From assembly GCA_963662665.2 (NCBI GenBank), contig CAXXJS010000040.1, positions 320,001 to 384,000 on the forward strand: 64,000 bases of DNA. The letters are read 5' to 3'. Both the position numbers and the translations under genes were made by a program. The DNA comes from Candidatus Latescibacterota bacterium. Lineage in GTDB: Bacteria; Latescibacterota; UBA2968; GCA-2709665. Below the pieces are notes generated by a model that made no database searches, was not told the origin of the DNA, and was given only the letters and a program-made list of their open reading frames with translations. Positions 30,622-39,673 of this stretch are shown piece by piece (position 1 is the first letter of the stretch; the number at the start of each line of letters is the position of its first letter).

Positions 30622-31029
30622 CTAATCCCTTTCGGTGTACCCCAGGACAACGAGCAGGCAGGGGCCGCCCGAGATCACGCCGATGCCCGCTCGTCCAGCT
30701 TCGTCGACGGCCGCCTCGCTCTCCGCGCCGGGTTGCATCCAGATGTATTCAATTCCGGAGTCCGCTGCGTCGGCCACGATCTTTTCCGTAACTTCGGGCG
30801 GAGTGATCACGGAAATGCGCGCCACGGGTTCGGGAAGTGCGGCCAGATCGGGAAATGCTCTCTGACCTTCGATTACTGCGGCACCCGGATTGATCGGATA
30901 CGCCTTCAGATCGTGCTGCAAATAACACCTTAGAACCTTGTTGCCGTATTTCGAACGGTCGTTGGACGCACCAACGACGGCATATGGGCCTGTCTGCAGG
31001 AATGCATCGATTTTCTCATCGAGTGTCAC
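30622..31029 (-). CDS. CoA-binding protein (YccU-like)
   Basis: AVVGAS, YPINP, IWMQPGAES. Confidence 0.9.
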   Translation of the reverse strand: MTLDEKIDAFLQTGPYAVVGASNDRSKYGNKVLRCYLQHDLKAYPINPGAAVIEGQRAFPDLAALPEPVARISVITPPEVTEKIVADAADSGIEYIWMQPGAESEAAVDEAGRAGIGVISGGPCLLVVLGYTERD

Positions 31030-31064
31030 GCGTTTTCTCCCTGACGGTGTGGATTCGTGAATGG

Positions 31065-31517
31065 CTACAGATCTTCATATCGTGGTAGAGAATGCAGAAA
31101 TCGGTAGCTGCGCTCCTTACGGTCGAGGGAGTAGCAGTAGTGCGTGATGCCATTGGTAACCAGCAGATAATTCGTCCCCACGGACGTGTTATAGCGGGCG
31201 ATCTGATCGAACGCTTGCTGTCTGATTTTCACGCCGGGCGCCTTGCATTCTGCCATGAGAACGGGTTCTCCCCTGCCATTGTAGACGATAACGTCGGCGC
31301 GGTGCTGCATACCCCCGTACGCAAAAGCCGATTCGACCGCGGTTCGACCCGCCGGAAACCCCAGGCCATGGACGAGGTGCTGTATCAGGTTCTGGCGGAC
31401 CCATTCCTCGGGCGTGAGGCGCACGTGTTTCCGGCGAAGCGGATCGAAAATGGTCCTTTTTTCGCCGGCGGTGCGAATATCAAAGTCGTACTGGCAAGGA
31501 AAATTCAGACGTTGCAT
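31065..31517 (-). CDS. Stand-alone type I restriction HsdR N-terminal-like domain protein
   Basis: IFDPLRRK..LTPEEWVRQ, RADVIV, ECKAP, DQIARYN, VTNG. Confidence 0.88.
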   Translation of the reverse strand: MQRLNFPCQYDFDIRTAGEKRTIFDPLRRKHVRLTPEEWVRQNLIQHLVHGLGFPAGRTAVESAFAYGGMQHRADVIVYNGRGEPVLMAECKAPGVKIRQQAFDQIARYNTSVGTNYLLVTNGITHYCYSLDRKERSYRFLHSLPRYEDL

Positions 31518-31601
31518 AGAAGTCGATTGCAAAGCACAGGGCAGCGGCGGCAAAAGCCCGAAAGACGGGCCTCCATCTGATTCCCGGCGACACCGGTATT
31601 C

Positions 31602-32783
31602 TCACCCGCGGACGCCTTTGTTCTGGCGAGAGTACCAGAGTGCCGGACGTTCCACGTGGCCGCGGATCGTGTCCAGGAATCGGGCGGCCGGACCGCCGTC
31701 GACGACCCGATGGTCGAAGGTGAGGCTCAGGGCGACCATGTCCCGGGGGACGACCCGGCCCTGGTATACCGCCGGCCTGGAGACGATCCGGCCCACGCCC
31801 AGAATGGCGCACTGCGGCAGGTTGACGATGGGCGTAAAGACGTCGATACCGTACGCCCCCAGGTTCGTAATTGTAAACGTACCCCCCAGAAGGTGCTCCG
31901 GTTGGAGGTTTCCCTCCCTGGCTTTCCGAACGAGGTCAGCGGTTTCGCTGGCGAGATCAGGCAGGTCTTTGGCGTTAACGTTGGTTATTACCGGAACCAG
32001 AAGGCCTGAATGGGTATCCACGGCGATTCCGACGTGGATCTCCTCGTGCCTGTGGATCGTTCCGTCCCTCCAGGAGGCGTTCATGTCCGGATGGCCGGCC
32101 AGGGCAACGGCCGTCAGCTTAAGAAAGAGATCGTTGTACGAGAGGAAGGGAATGTCGAGTTCCGCGCGCAGCGCAACGAAATTCGTCGCATCGGCTTCAG
32201 TGGAAAGCGTTACGGGCGCGGTCCCTGTGTGACTTTCGGTCAGGCGCCGAGCGATCGTCCGGCGGATGGCGCCCCCGGATGCGCAGGTTGTCCCTGCCGA
32301 GGCCGCAGCCCGGACGTCGCGTTCGACAATACGCCCGTTTCGACCGCTGCCTTGCAGCGTATTGCAGTCAACATCCAGTTCCTCTGCCAGACGAAGTGCA
32401 CGCGGGCTGATTGGGGGCCGGTTTTTACCGGCCCGGGTTCGTTCGGCGCGAGATCGGGATGGCGTGGATTCCCCGGCTCCCGGTTCCGCTTCCCGTTCGC
32501 CTTCCGGACGGACGGGGTTCGCTACGGGAGGCTGTTCGCCAGGTCCCAGAAGGAAGGCCAGCAACGTGCCGATGGGTACGGTGTCGCCGGGTTGAGGCGA
32601 ATCGGGCGGTATGTGCAAGGTACCGCTGTCGAAGGATTCAATCTCATTTATCGCTTTGTCGCTTTCAACCGTAAAGATGATTTCTCCCGCTTCAATGGTA
32701 TCCCCGTCCCTTTTGAGCCATTCGACGAGGGTGCCTTCCTCCATGGTCCATCCCAGGCGGGGCATGACGATTTCAATGGGCAT
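31602..32783 (-). CDS. Dihydrolipoamide acyltransferase (E2)
   Basis: Lipoyl domain ESDKA, E3-binding GSGRNGRI, catalytic DHRVVDG. Confidence 0.92.
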   Translation of the reverse strand: MPIEIVMPRLGWTMEEGTLVEWLKRDGDTIEAGEIIFTVESDKAINEIESFDSGTLHIPPDSPQPGDTVPIGTLLAFLLGPGEQPPVANPVRPEGEREAEPGAGESTPSRSRAERTRAGKNRPPISPRALRLAEELDVDCNTLQGSGRNGRIVERDVRAAASAGTTCASGGAIRRTIARRLTESHTGTAPVTLSTEADATNFVALRAELDIPFLSYNDLFLKLTAVALAGHPDMNASWRDGTIHRHEEIHVGIAVDTHSGLLVPVITNVNAKDLPDLASETADLVRKAREGNLQPEHLLGGTFTITNLGAYGIDVFTPIVNLPQCAILGVGRIVSRPAVYQGRVVPRDMVALSLTFDHRVVDGGPAARFLDTIRGHVERPALWYSRQNKGVRG

Positions 32784-32862
32784 GGAGATCATCCTTGTGA
32801 GAGCGACAGGAAACCAACGGAAACAAACTGAATCTCCTCAGGCCGCCGTACGGAGACGTCGG

Positions 32863-33840
32863 CTATTCCTCCATCAGGTCGTGGATGGCCTGCGAAATGG
32901 TCTCCGGTTGAGGTATACAGGCCCCCTCGAGGGGGGCGCTGTAAGGCGTAGGCGCATGCGCGCCGTTGAGCCGACCTACCGGTGCGTCCAGATCATCGAA
33001 TGCCAGGCTCTGAACCTGAGCGGCGATTTCGGCGCCGATGCCGCATGGGCCGAATGCTTCGTCCACGATCAGCAGACGCCCTGTTTTATGTACGGATTCC
33101 AGTATGGTATCCATATCCAGCGGCGCCACGGTGCGCGGGTCGATGAGTTCCACGGAGATGCCGTCCCCCGCGAGTTCGTCGCAGAGTTTCCACGTGAGGG
33201 GGACCATATTTGCCAGCGCGATTACGGTGACGTCACCGCCCTCGCGGCGGACCTCCGCCTGCCCGAATGGAATGGCGTACGGCGTTTCTGGCACAGGACC
33301 CCGATGGTTGAGGATGGATTTGTGTTCGAGGAAGAGAACGGGATCATCGCCGTCCAGGGCAGTCTTGAACAGGCCCTTGGCGTCGTACGGTGTGGCAGGC
33401 AGGGCCACGCGGAAGCCCGGCAGGTGCGCGAAAACGGGATAGTAGTTTCCGGAATGGTGGGTGGCGGCGGCGCCTCCGATTCCAACGCAACCTCGCAGAA
33501 CAACGGGCATGGACAGGCGGCCGCTGCTCATGTATTGCATCTTGGCGATCTGGTTGACCATCTCTCCGAAGCCGTCCAGGATGAAGTCGATGAACATGAA
33601 GTCCACCACGGGCCGTGCGCCGGCCATGGCCGCGCCCGTGCAGAGCCCGATAAAGCCCCGCTCGCAAATCGGCGTATCGCACACACGCATGGGACCGTAG
33701 CGTTCGTAGAGTCCGGTGGTGGTGTTGAAGTTACCGCCGCGTTCGCCCACGCCTTCGCCCACAACGAAGATGGTCGGGTCCGCCGACATGGCATCGGACA
33801 GGGCTTCGCGCGCGGCTTCCGTAAACGTGATTTCACGCAT
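32863..33840 (-). CDS. 2-oxoacid/acetoin dehydrogenase E1 beta
   Basis: DTPICE, GARPV, FLEHK, IDPRTVAPLD; start overlaps the alpha-subunit stop. Confidence 0.92.
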   Translation of the reverse strand: MREITFTEAAREALSDAMSADPTIFVVGEGVGERGGNFNTTTGLYERYGPMRVCDTPICERGFIGLCTGAAMAGARPVVDFMFIDFILDGFGEMVNQIAKMQYMSSGRLSMPVVLRGCVGIGGAAATHHSGNYYPVFAHLPGFRVALPATPYDAKGLFKTALDGDDPVLFLEHKSILNHRGPVPETPYAIPFGQAEVRREGGDVTVIALANMVPLTWKLCDELAGDGISVELIDPRTVAPLDMDTILESVHKTGRLLIVDEAFGPCGIGAEIAAQVQSLAFDDLDAPVGRLNGAHAPTPYSAPLEGACIPQPETISQAIHDLMEE

Positions 33841-34822
33841 GGTTCGCATCCTGTCCGCTGAAGACGTGGTCCGTTACCGTGGCCGGATCCGGCCACGGGC
33901 TCTCCCTGGCGAACTCGACGCCCTCTTCGACGGCGGATCGGACCTCGCTTTCGATTCCGTCGAGTACCTCCCGGCCGGCCATGCCGCCGCCCATCAGTTT
34001 TTCGGCCAGCAATGCGATGGGGTCCCTGGCCCTCCAGGCCTCGAGTTCTTCCCTCGTGCGGTAACCGGTATCCCGCATCCCCTCGGCATGGGGGCGGGTG
34101 CGGTAGGTCTTGCAGTCCAGCAGCGTGGGGCCGCCGCCTTCCCTGGCGCGAAGGACGGCGTCGCCGGCTTTTTCATAGACGTCGAGGACGTCGTTTCCGT
34201 CAACCGTAACGCCGGTTACGCCATAGCCTTCCGCGCGCAGGGCGATATTCGTATTTCGGGTTGCGTACTCAAAGGCGATTTCGGTGGCGTACCGGTTGTC
34301 TTCAAGGACAAAGACAACGGGCAGTTGCCAGATGGCGGCCATGTTCAGACCTTCATGGAAAGCACCGTTGTTGACGCCCCCGTCGCCAAAGAAAGCCACG
34401 CTCACCCGATCGGTTTCGAGCAATTTGAATGTATAGGCGGCGCCGGCGGCCTGAAGGATGCAGGGGCCCACAATGCCGCTGGTGCCCATCAGCCCGATTT
34501 CGGGGGAGAAAAGGTGCATGCTGCCGCCCCGCCCCCGCGCGCACCCCGTGGACTTGCCGAAGAGTTCTGCGATGAGTTCGCGTACGGGCACGCCTTTGGC
34601 GAGCGCATGGCCGTGGCCCCGATGGGTACTGAAAATCGTGTCGTCCGTACGCAAATGGGCGCAGACGCCCGCCGCGATGGCCTCCTCGCCCACGTACGTG
34701 TGGCAGGCGCCGGGGATGAGTCCGGCCTGGTACGACCTGGCAATCTGCTCCTCGGCGAGTCGGATCGTGAGCATCTGCCGGTAAAGGGAAAGGAGTTGTC
34801 CGGTTCTGGTCTCGTCTGGCAT
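33833..34822 (-). CDS. 2-oxoacid/acetoin dehydrogenase E1 alpha
   Basis: HRGHGH, GRGGSMH, TPP motif GDG...N, TYRTRPH. Confidence 0.92.
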   Translation of the reverse strand: MPDETRTGQLLSLYRQMLTIRLAEEQIARSYQAGLIPGACHTYVGEEAIAAGVCAHLRTDDTIFSTHRGHGHALAKGVPVRELIAELFGKSTGCARGRGGSMHLFSPEIGLMGTSGIVGPCILQAAGAAYTFKLLETDRVSVAFFGDGGVNNGAFHEGLNMAAIWQLPVVFVLEDNRYATEIAFEYATRNTNIALRAEGYGVTGVTVDGNDVLDVYEKAGDAVLRAREGGGPTLLDCKTYRTRPHAEGMRDTGYRTREELEAWRARDPIALLAEKLMGGGMAGREVLDGIESEVRSAVEEGVEFARESPWPDPATVTDHVFSGQDANHA

Positions 34823-34868
34823 GGGGTCCCTCTGACAGGTCTGGAGGCGCTACGGGAATCGATCCCGC

Positions 34869-35681
34869 CTATCCGCTGGCGATCGGGCCTCCCGGATAGG
34901 TGCCGCCCGCGTTCATCGCCAGGTTGCCGCCGTCCATCGGCAACAACACGCCGGTGACCCACGCAGAGGCATCCGAGGCCAGAAAGATGGCAACGCCTAC
35001 GATATCCCGCGGCTCGCCGAATCGGCCGGCGGGTATGCCGCCCAGCCAGGTATCGGCCATTCTGGGCTCGGCCCGCAGGCGTTTTTCCAGGAAATCGTTC
35101 ATGACCTGCGCGGGCAGAATAGCGTTCACGCGAACGCCGCGGCCGCTCCATTCCGTGCTGAGTTCCCTCGTCATCTGGGCGACGGCGCCCATGCCGATGC
35201 TATAGGCGACGTGCCCGCGGCCGATAGCGGAAATACTGGCGAGGGAGCCGATATTGATAATGCTGCCCTTGCCCGCGGCGAGCATGCGCCTCCCGCCTTC
35301 CTGGCAGCAGCAGAAGCGGCCGATCACCAGGGATTGCAGGCTCTGCTGGAGCTCGTCAAGGGTGAGATCCTCCGGTTTTTTCACCATGGTCCCACCGGCT
35401 ACGTTGCCCAGGACGTGAATGCGGCCGAATTCCCTGTCGAGGCGCTGGAACAGCCCGCGGACCTGGTCCGTATCGGAAACGTCGCACCGTACGGGGATGG
35501 CGCGGCGTCCCAGCGTTTCGATCTCGTGGGCGGTTTCCTGCGCCCCCGGTTCGTCGACGTCGGCCAGCATGAGGTCCGCGCCGGCTTCCGCAAAGCCGAC
35601 GGCCATGGCCTTGCCCATTCCCCTTGCCGCGCCCGAGACGAGCGCGACGCGGTCCGTCAGGTCGAAGATTGGATGAGACAT
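34869..35681 (-). CDS. SDR family oxidoreductase
   Basis: SGAARGMG, IINIGS, VRVNAI, DGG; the catalytic YxxxK reads YSIGM. Confidence 0.88.
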   Translation of the reverse strand: MSHPIFDLTDRVALVSGAARGMGKAMAVGFAEAGADLMLADVDEPGAQETAHEIETLGRRAIPVRCDVSDTDQVRGLFQRLDREFGRIHVLGNVAGGTMVKKPEDLTLDELQQSLQSLVIGRFCCCQEGGRRMLAAGKGSIINIGSLASISAIGRGHVAYSIGMGAVAQMTRELSTEWSGRGVRVNAILPAQVMNDFLEKRLRAEPRMADTWLGGIPAGRFGEPRDIVGVAIFLASDASAWVTGVLLPMDGGNLAMNAGGTYPGGPIASG

Positions 35682-35743
35682 GGTCGATCTCCGTAAATAT
35701 ATAGGGAACAGGCGCTTACTGTTCAGATGCTGATGTTGATCCG

Positions 35744-36109
35744 CTATTCGCCCAGGTATGCGACTGCGTCGATCTCGACGAGGATCCTTTTGAACATATC
35801 TCCGGCGCCGACCAGCCGCCTGGTAGGCATGCGGTGCTTGTTGTTGAAATACCGCATGTAGGTGCGATTGAAATCGTCGCGGTCGCCCATGTCCAGGAGG
35901 AAGACGTTGACGCGTACAACGTCGTCGAAGGTGGCGCCCTCACTTTCCAGAACATGCTTCATGTTGTCCATCGTGAAGATGGTCTGTTCCTCGATGTTCC
36001 CACCTACGACCTCGCCGCCGTCGACAGGGCCGAAGCCGGAAAGATACAGCGTATCGCCGGCGCGGCGGGCCATGGAATAGAAGGGTTCGGGACTCACCTG
36101 TCTGGCCAT
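35744..36109 (-). CDS. RidA family enamine/imine deaminase
   Basis: LYLSG, FNRTY, PTRR, VEIDAVA. Confidence 0.88.
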   Translation of the reverse strand: MARQVSPEPFYSMARRAGDTLYLSGFGPVDGGEVVGGNIEEQTIFTMDNMKHVLESEGATFDDVVRVNVFLLDMGDRDDFNRTYMRYFNNKHRMPTRRLVGAGDMFKRILVEIDAVAYLGE

Positions 36110-36211
36110 GAGATCTATCTCCTGAATTGATTTGTCTGACGCCGAGGTGATGCCAGAAGCGGCGCGGGTTTTACGTTTGCGGCGGGCATTGAGATCCGGA
36201 TACCGGCCCGG

Positions 36212-37309
36212 TCAATTCCAAGCGTGCAGCGCCTTGTCCTTTCGATGATCGAACAACGCGGGTTCGTGTTCCTTCAGCGGGAGGCGCGGGCGAACGCCGG
36301 TGTTGACGACGTTGTCCGGATGGGGCCAGCATCCGTTGAGTATGGAGACGAGGTTCTCCACGCCCGTCGTCGCCACCTCCTGGCTGGCCTGGACGGAGAG
36401 ACCGGAGATGTGCGGCGTCAGAATGACGTTGTCGAGCCTTGTCAGCGCATGGTCCGGCGGAGACTCCTGTTCTCCGAAGATTTCAATGTCTTCGAAGGTG
36501 TCCAGGGCGGCGCCCGCCAGGTGACCGCGATCGAGCAGCCCGGCGAGCGCAGCTTCGTCCGTGATGGCGCCTCGGCAGGTATTGATCAAATAGGAACCGG
36601 GTTTCATTTTCTTCAGGTTCGATTCGTCCAGCAGACGATGGGTATCGGGCGCGAGCGGCAGGTGCAGAGAGACAAAGTCCGACGTTCTCAAGAGCGTGTC
36701 CAGATCCACCATTCGGACCCCCAGGGCATCGGCCTCTTCCCTCGGCGCTTGCCGATTCTTTCGGGTGGCCAGGATATTGAGGCCAAATGGTCTTGCTCGT
36801 TCTACAACGGCCTTCGCAGAGGCGCCGAATCCGATCAGTCCCAGCGTGAGGCCCGATACGCGCTGAAGCCGGAGTCCCTCGTCCCTCGCCTGCTGGTAAG
36901 CGCCTCTACAGAAATGCTTCGACATTTTCGGGATCTGCCTGGCGAGGGAGAGCAGTGAGGCCATCACGTGATCGGCCATTTCCTCGTTGCAGAAGGAAGG
37001 GACATTTGAGACGATAATACCCTCTTCGGCGGCGGTCTTGACGTCGATCTTGTCCGTGCCGTTGCCCAGCCGGGAGATGATCCGGCATTTGGACAGGCTC
37101 TTGATGACCGGTCCGGGAAGCGACGCTGAGACAACGGCAAGCGCGTCACAATCCGCGACGCAAGCAATGATATCGTCAGGTTCGTACGCGTCCACCGGAA
37201 TGGGCGTAATGCCGTAATGCCTATAGAGCGCCGCCTCAGTCGGATTAATCGGAATGACCTCGGCATTGAGGCGGGCGAATCGGACGTGTCCAAAATCGGT
37301 CCTGGGCAT
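36212..37309 (-). CDS. D-isomer-specific 2-hydroxyacid dehydrogenase (CtBP-like)
   Basis: GLIGFG, SLHLPL, INTCRG, AALD, LTPH. Confidence 0.9.
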   Translation of the reverse strand: MPRTDFGHVRFARLNAEVIPINPTEAALYRHYGITPIPVDAYEPDDIIACVADCDALAVVSASLPGPVIKSLSKCRIISRLGNGTDKIDVKTAAEEGIIVSNVPSFCNEEMADHVMASLLSLARQIPKMSKHFCRGAYQQARDEGLRLQRVSGLTLGLIGFGASAKAVVERARPFGLNILATRKNRQAPREEADALGVRMVDLDTLLRTSDFVSLHLPLAPDTHRLLDESNLKKMKPGSYLINTCRGAITDEAALAGLLDRGHLAGAALDTFEDIEIFGEQESPPDHALTRLDNVILTPHISGLSVQASQEVATTGVENLVSILNGCWPHPDNVVNTGVRPRLPLKEHEPALFDHRKDKALHAWN

Positions 37310-37380
37310 TGGGTAAATTGCGGCAAATGGTCCGCATCCGCGTGACAGCGGTTGCGGCCTGATGTTATTTCTTGAACGGA

Positions 37381-37827
37381 TCAGCTTCCCGTCCGGTCGT
37401 CCCGGTCTCCCTGTTTCCCTTGCAGCGCCGGCGCCTCCGGTGCAAGCAGAAGCAATCCCGATACCGACGCAAAGTGGCGATCCATCGAAACCAGCCGCAA
37501 ACCGTGCTCCATGGCCTGCGCCGCAATCCAGATATCGTTCGTAGGGATTGGGGTTCCGGCGCGCCTCATACCGTTGAGGATCTCGGCATAGAACTCGGCA
37601 GTCTCCTCGCTGACGGCGCATATCTGCACGCGTGGCGTATCCAGAAATTCGGCCAGTTCATCGCGGTTCTTGCGCTCCCGGACCCCGCCTTTGAAGCCCG
37701 ATAGAAGCTCTCCGATACTGATCGAACTCATCACGATTCGCGAAGCTCGCCGAAGCAGCGACACAACCGCCGGATCTGCGCGCATGGCGAGCGAGTAGAT
37801 ATTGGTATCGATCAGGTACTCGTTCAC
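37381..37827 (-). CDS. vapC: VapC PIN-domain toxin
   Basis: LIDTN, SIGEL, PIPTNDIWIAA, DRHF; GTGA overlap with the antitoxin gene. Confidence 0.9.
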   Translation of the reverse strand: MNEYLIDTNIYSLAMRADPAVVSLLRRASRIVMSSISIGELLSGFKGGVRERKNRDELAEFLDTPRVQICAVSEETAEFYAEILNGMRRAGTPIPTNDIWIAAQAMEHGLRLVSMDRHFASVSGLLLLAPEAPALQGKQGDRDDRTGS

Positions 37828-38075
37828 TGCCACAGTTCCGAATCAATGCGCCGCTCGGAGTCGATCTTCCCTTGGATTCGCGCAAACTCATCCTTGTCCC
37901 AACGTCCGAACAGATGATCCAGGTCGTGATGGATCTCGGTGAACCGGCGTGATTTGTCCAATCCGAACTGTTGTCGCAATGCGTCCAGTACCGTCTGATT
38001 CATGCTCTTTCCTTCCCGCTTCGCCACCTCCCTCAACTTGGCGGCAAGCTCGGGATCCAACCCACGCAGGGTCAT
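37824..38075 (-). CDS. Antitoxin (ribbon-helix-helix, FitA/VapB-like)
   Basis: MTLRGLD..L...A...GKSMNQ; coupled upstream of vapC. Confidence 0.85.
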   Translation of the reverse strand: MTLRGLDPELAAKLREVAKREGKSMNQTVLDALRQQFGLDKSRRFTEIHHDLDHLFGRWDKDEFARIQGKIDSERRIDSELWQ

Positions 38076-38129
38076 GCTCTTCAGATCATCCGCCAGGGCG
38101 CACTCCCTTCTTTAAATGCAATCAATATA

Positions 38130-38161
38130 TGATATCAACATGATACTATCATATGAGATCA
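38130..38161. promoter_or_regulatory. Probable TA autoregulatory operator
   Basis: TGATATCA, ATGATACTATCAT and TGAGATCA palindromes in an AT-rich patch upstream of the antitoxin. Confidence 0.6.
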
Positions 38162-38263
38162 TAGGCGAAAAATCAAGGCTTGGTCCTCCTGCCGCATTTG
38201 AGGCAACCCACGTCGAGGAAATCCGGACCGCATTCCACGGCTCCATGGACTAGAACCCTCTAT

Positions 38264-39325
38264 TCACCGGATCCGGCCACGCGCGTGCACCGGCCACGTC
38301 GCTTCCACCATTCCGTTGCGCGCGGCGACCATGACGTCATGTTCGTTGACGCAGGGACAGGGGTGAACGGGAAGCACCTGCACGCGCTCGCCGATTTCCG
38401 GTTTGACCGCGCATCGGGATATGTCCACGTGGCCGTGCTCTTCGGAAGCGATCCCGATCAGCGCGTCGGGATATTCGACAATATGACCCATACATTCGCC
38501 CCGGTCCGTCTTGTAGATCGACGCACTCAGCGCTTTGCTGCCCGCGTCCAGGAACATACGGTCTTCGGTGGGCCTGCTCACGACGGTCGTGATCACGCGA
38601 AGCGCGCACTGCTCCACTGTGTGTCGGCCTTCGGCAAGGTGCATGGCGCCCCCGACCGGGTATTCGCCGGCGCGGTATTCCGTGAGTTCAGGAATCTCGT
38701 GCGCGTCCAGCGCATGAGGGGTGCCGCCACCGCTTACAACGTCGCGCGGAAGGCCGGCCCGGTCGAACAGGTCAATGGTCTCCTGAATGAGCGGTCTGGA
38801 ACCGGGCGGCGTGGGAAAGCCCATGAATCCCCTGAGTTCCAGGCCCGGAAGATCGTGGACGAGTTTCGCGAGCTCGGCGGCCTCCCCCGGAGTGGGAACG
38901 CCCGTGCGTTCAAATCCCATTTCCACTTCGATAAGTATGCCGATGGAAACGCCTTCGGAAGCGGCGGCGCGAGAGAGCCCCCTGACGGTGAAATCGGAGT
39001 CGGGTGCGAGGGTTATCGGCAGTTGTTTTGCCAGGGCCGTAAGCCGGTCGAGTTTCTGTGCGCCCATGATGTTATAGGGAATGAGCAGGTCGGTGTGGAT
39101 GCCTCCCGCCGCCAGGACTTCGGCTTCGCCGAGCTTCTGACACGTCAGGCCTATCGCGCCATGCTTCAGCTGCATCTGGGCGACCGCCAGGGTCTTGTGA
39201 GTCTTGATATGTGGACGGAAGCCGATACCGCGTTTTCTGAAATAGCGGTGGTATCGATCCAGGTTCTCTTCAAGCGCGTCCAGATTGACAACAAGGACAG
39301 GCGTATCCAGTTCGTCGATGCGCAT
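38264..39325 (-). CDS. Fold-type III PLP enzyme, D-threonine aldolase / D-serine dehydratase (DSD1) family
   Basis: LDTP, RPHIKTHK, GGGTP, DAGSK, SEEHG, HPC. Confidence 0.9.
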   Translation of the reverse strand: MRIDELDTPVLVVNLDALEENLDRYHRYFRKRGIGFRPHIKTHKTLAVAQMQLKHGAIGLTCQKLGEAEVLAAGGIHTDLLIPYNIMGAQKLDRLTALAKQLPITLAPDSDFTVRGLSRAAASEGVSIGILIEVEMGFERTGVPTPGEAAELAKLVHDLPGLELRGFMGFPTPPGSRPLIQETIDLFDRAGLPRDVVSGGGTPHALDAHEIPELTEYRAGEYPVGGAMHLAEGRHTVEQCALRVITTVVSRPTEDRMFLDAGSKALSASIYKTDRGECMGHIVEYPDALIGIASEEHGHVDISRCAVKPEIGERVQVLPVHPCPCVNEHDVMVAARNGMVEATWPVHARGRIR

Positions 39326-39673
39326 GCAGTGCTCCTTCGCTGGGCGTCGTCCGGTTGATTGCAGTGTCATTAAATAGCCCGGACAACGGCGCAGGTCAAG
39401 GAATTTCGCAAGCGGAGTCCGCGGGAACGCTTTTCGCTTGACATGCGGGGTCCGAGGCCCAAAGTTTAGTGTATTGAATTGAACTCATAAGCCTGCCGAT
39501 CCGGGAAATGCAATCTGGAATCCGTCGCGTGAAACATGTATAGAAGACCGACCGGGTTTTGGGCGATTTTTGGTCATTGACCCGATACGGCGGGTTGGAT
39601 GGCTTTGGAAACAGCGGGTCCTGCTGTGGACTCCATGCGCAAATAAACGAACACCGGTTCACGGAGACAGGTT

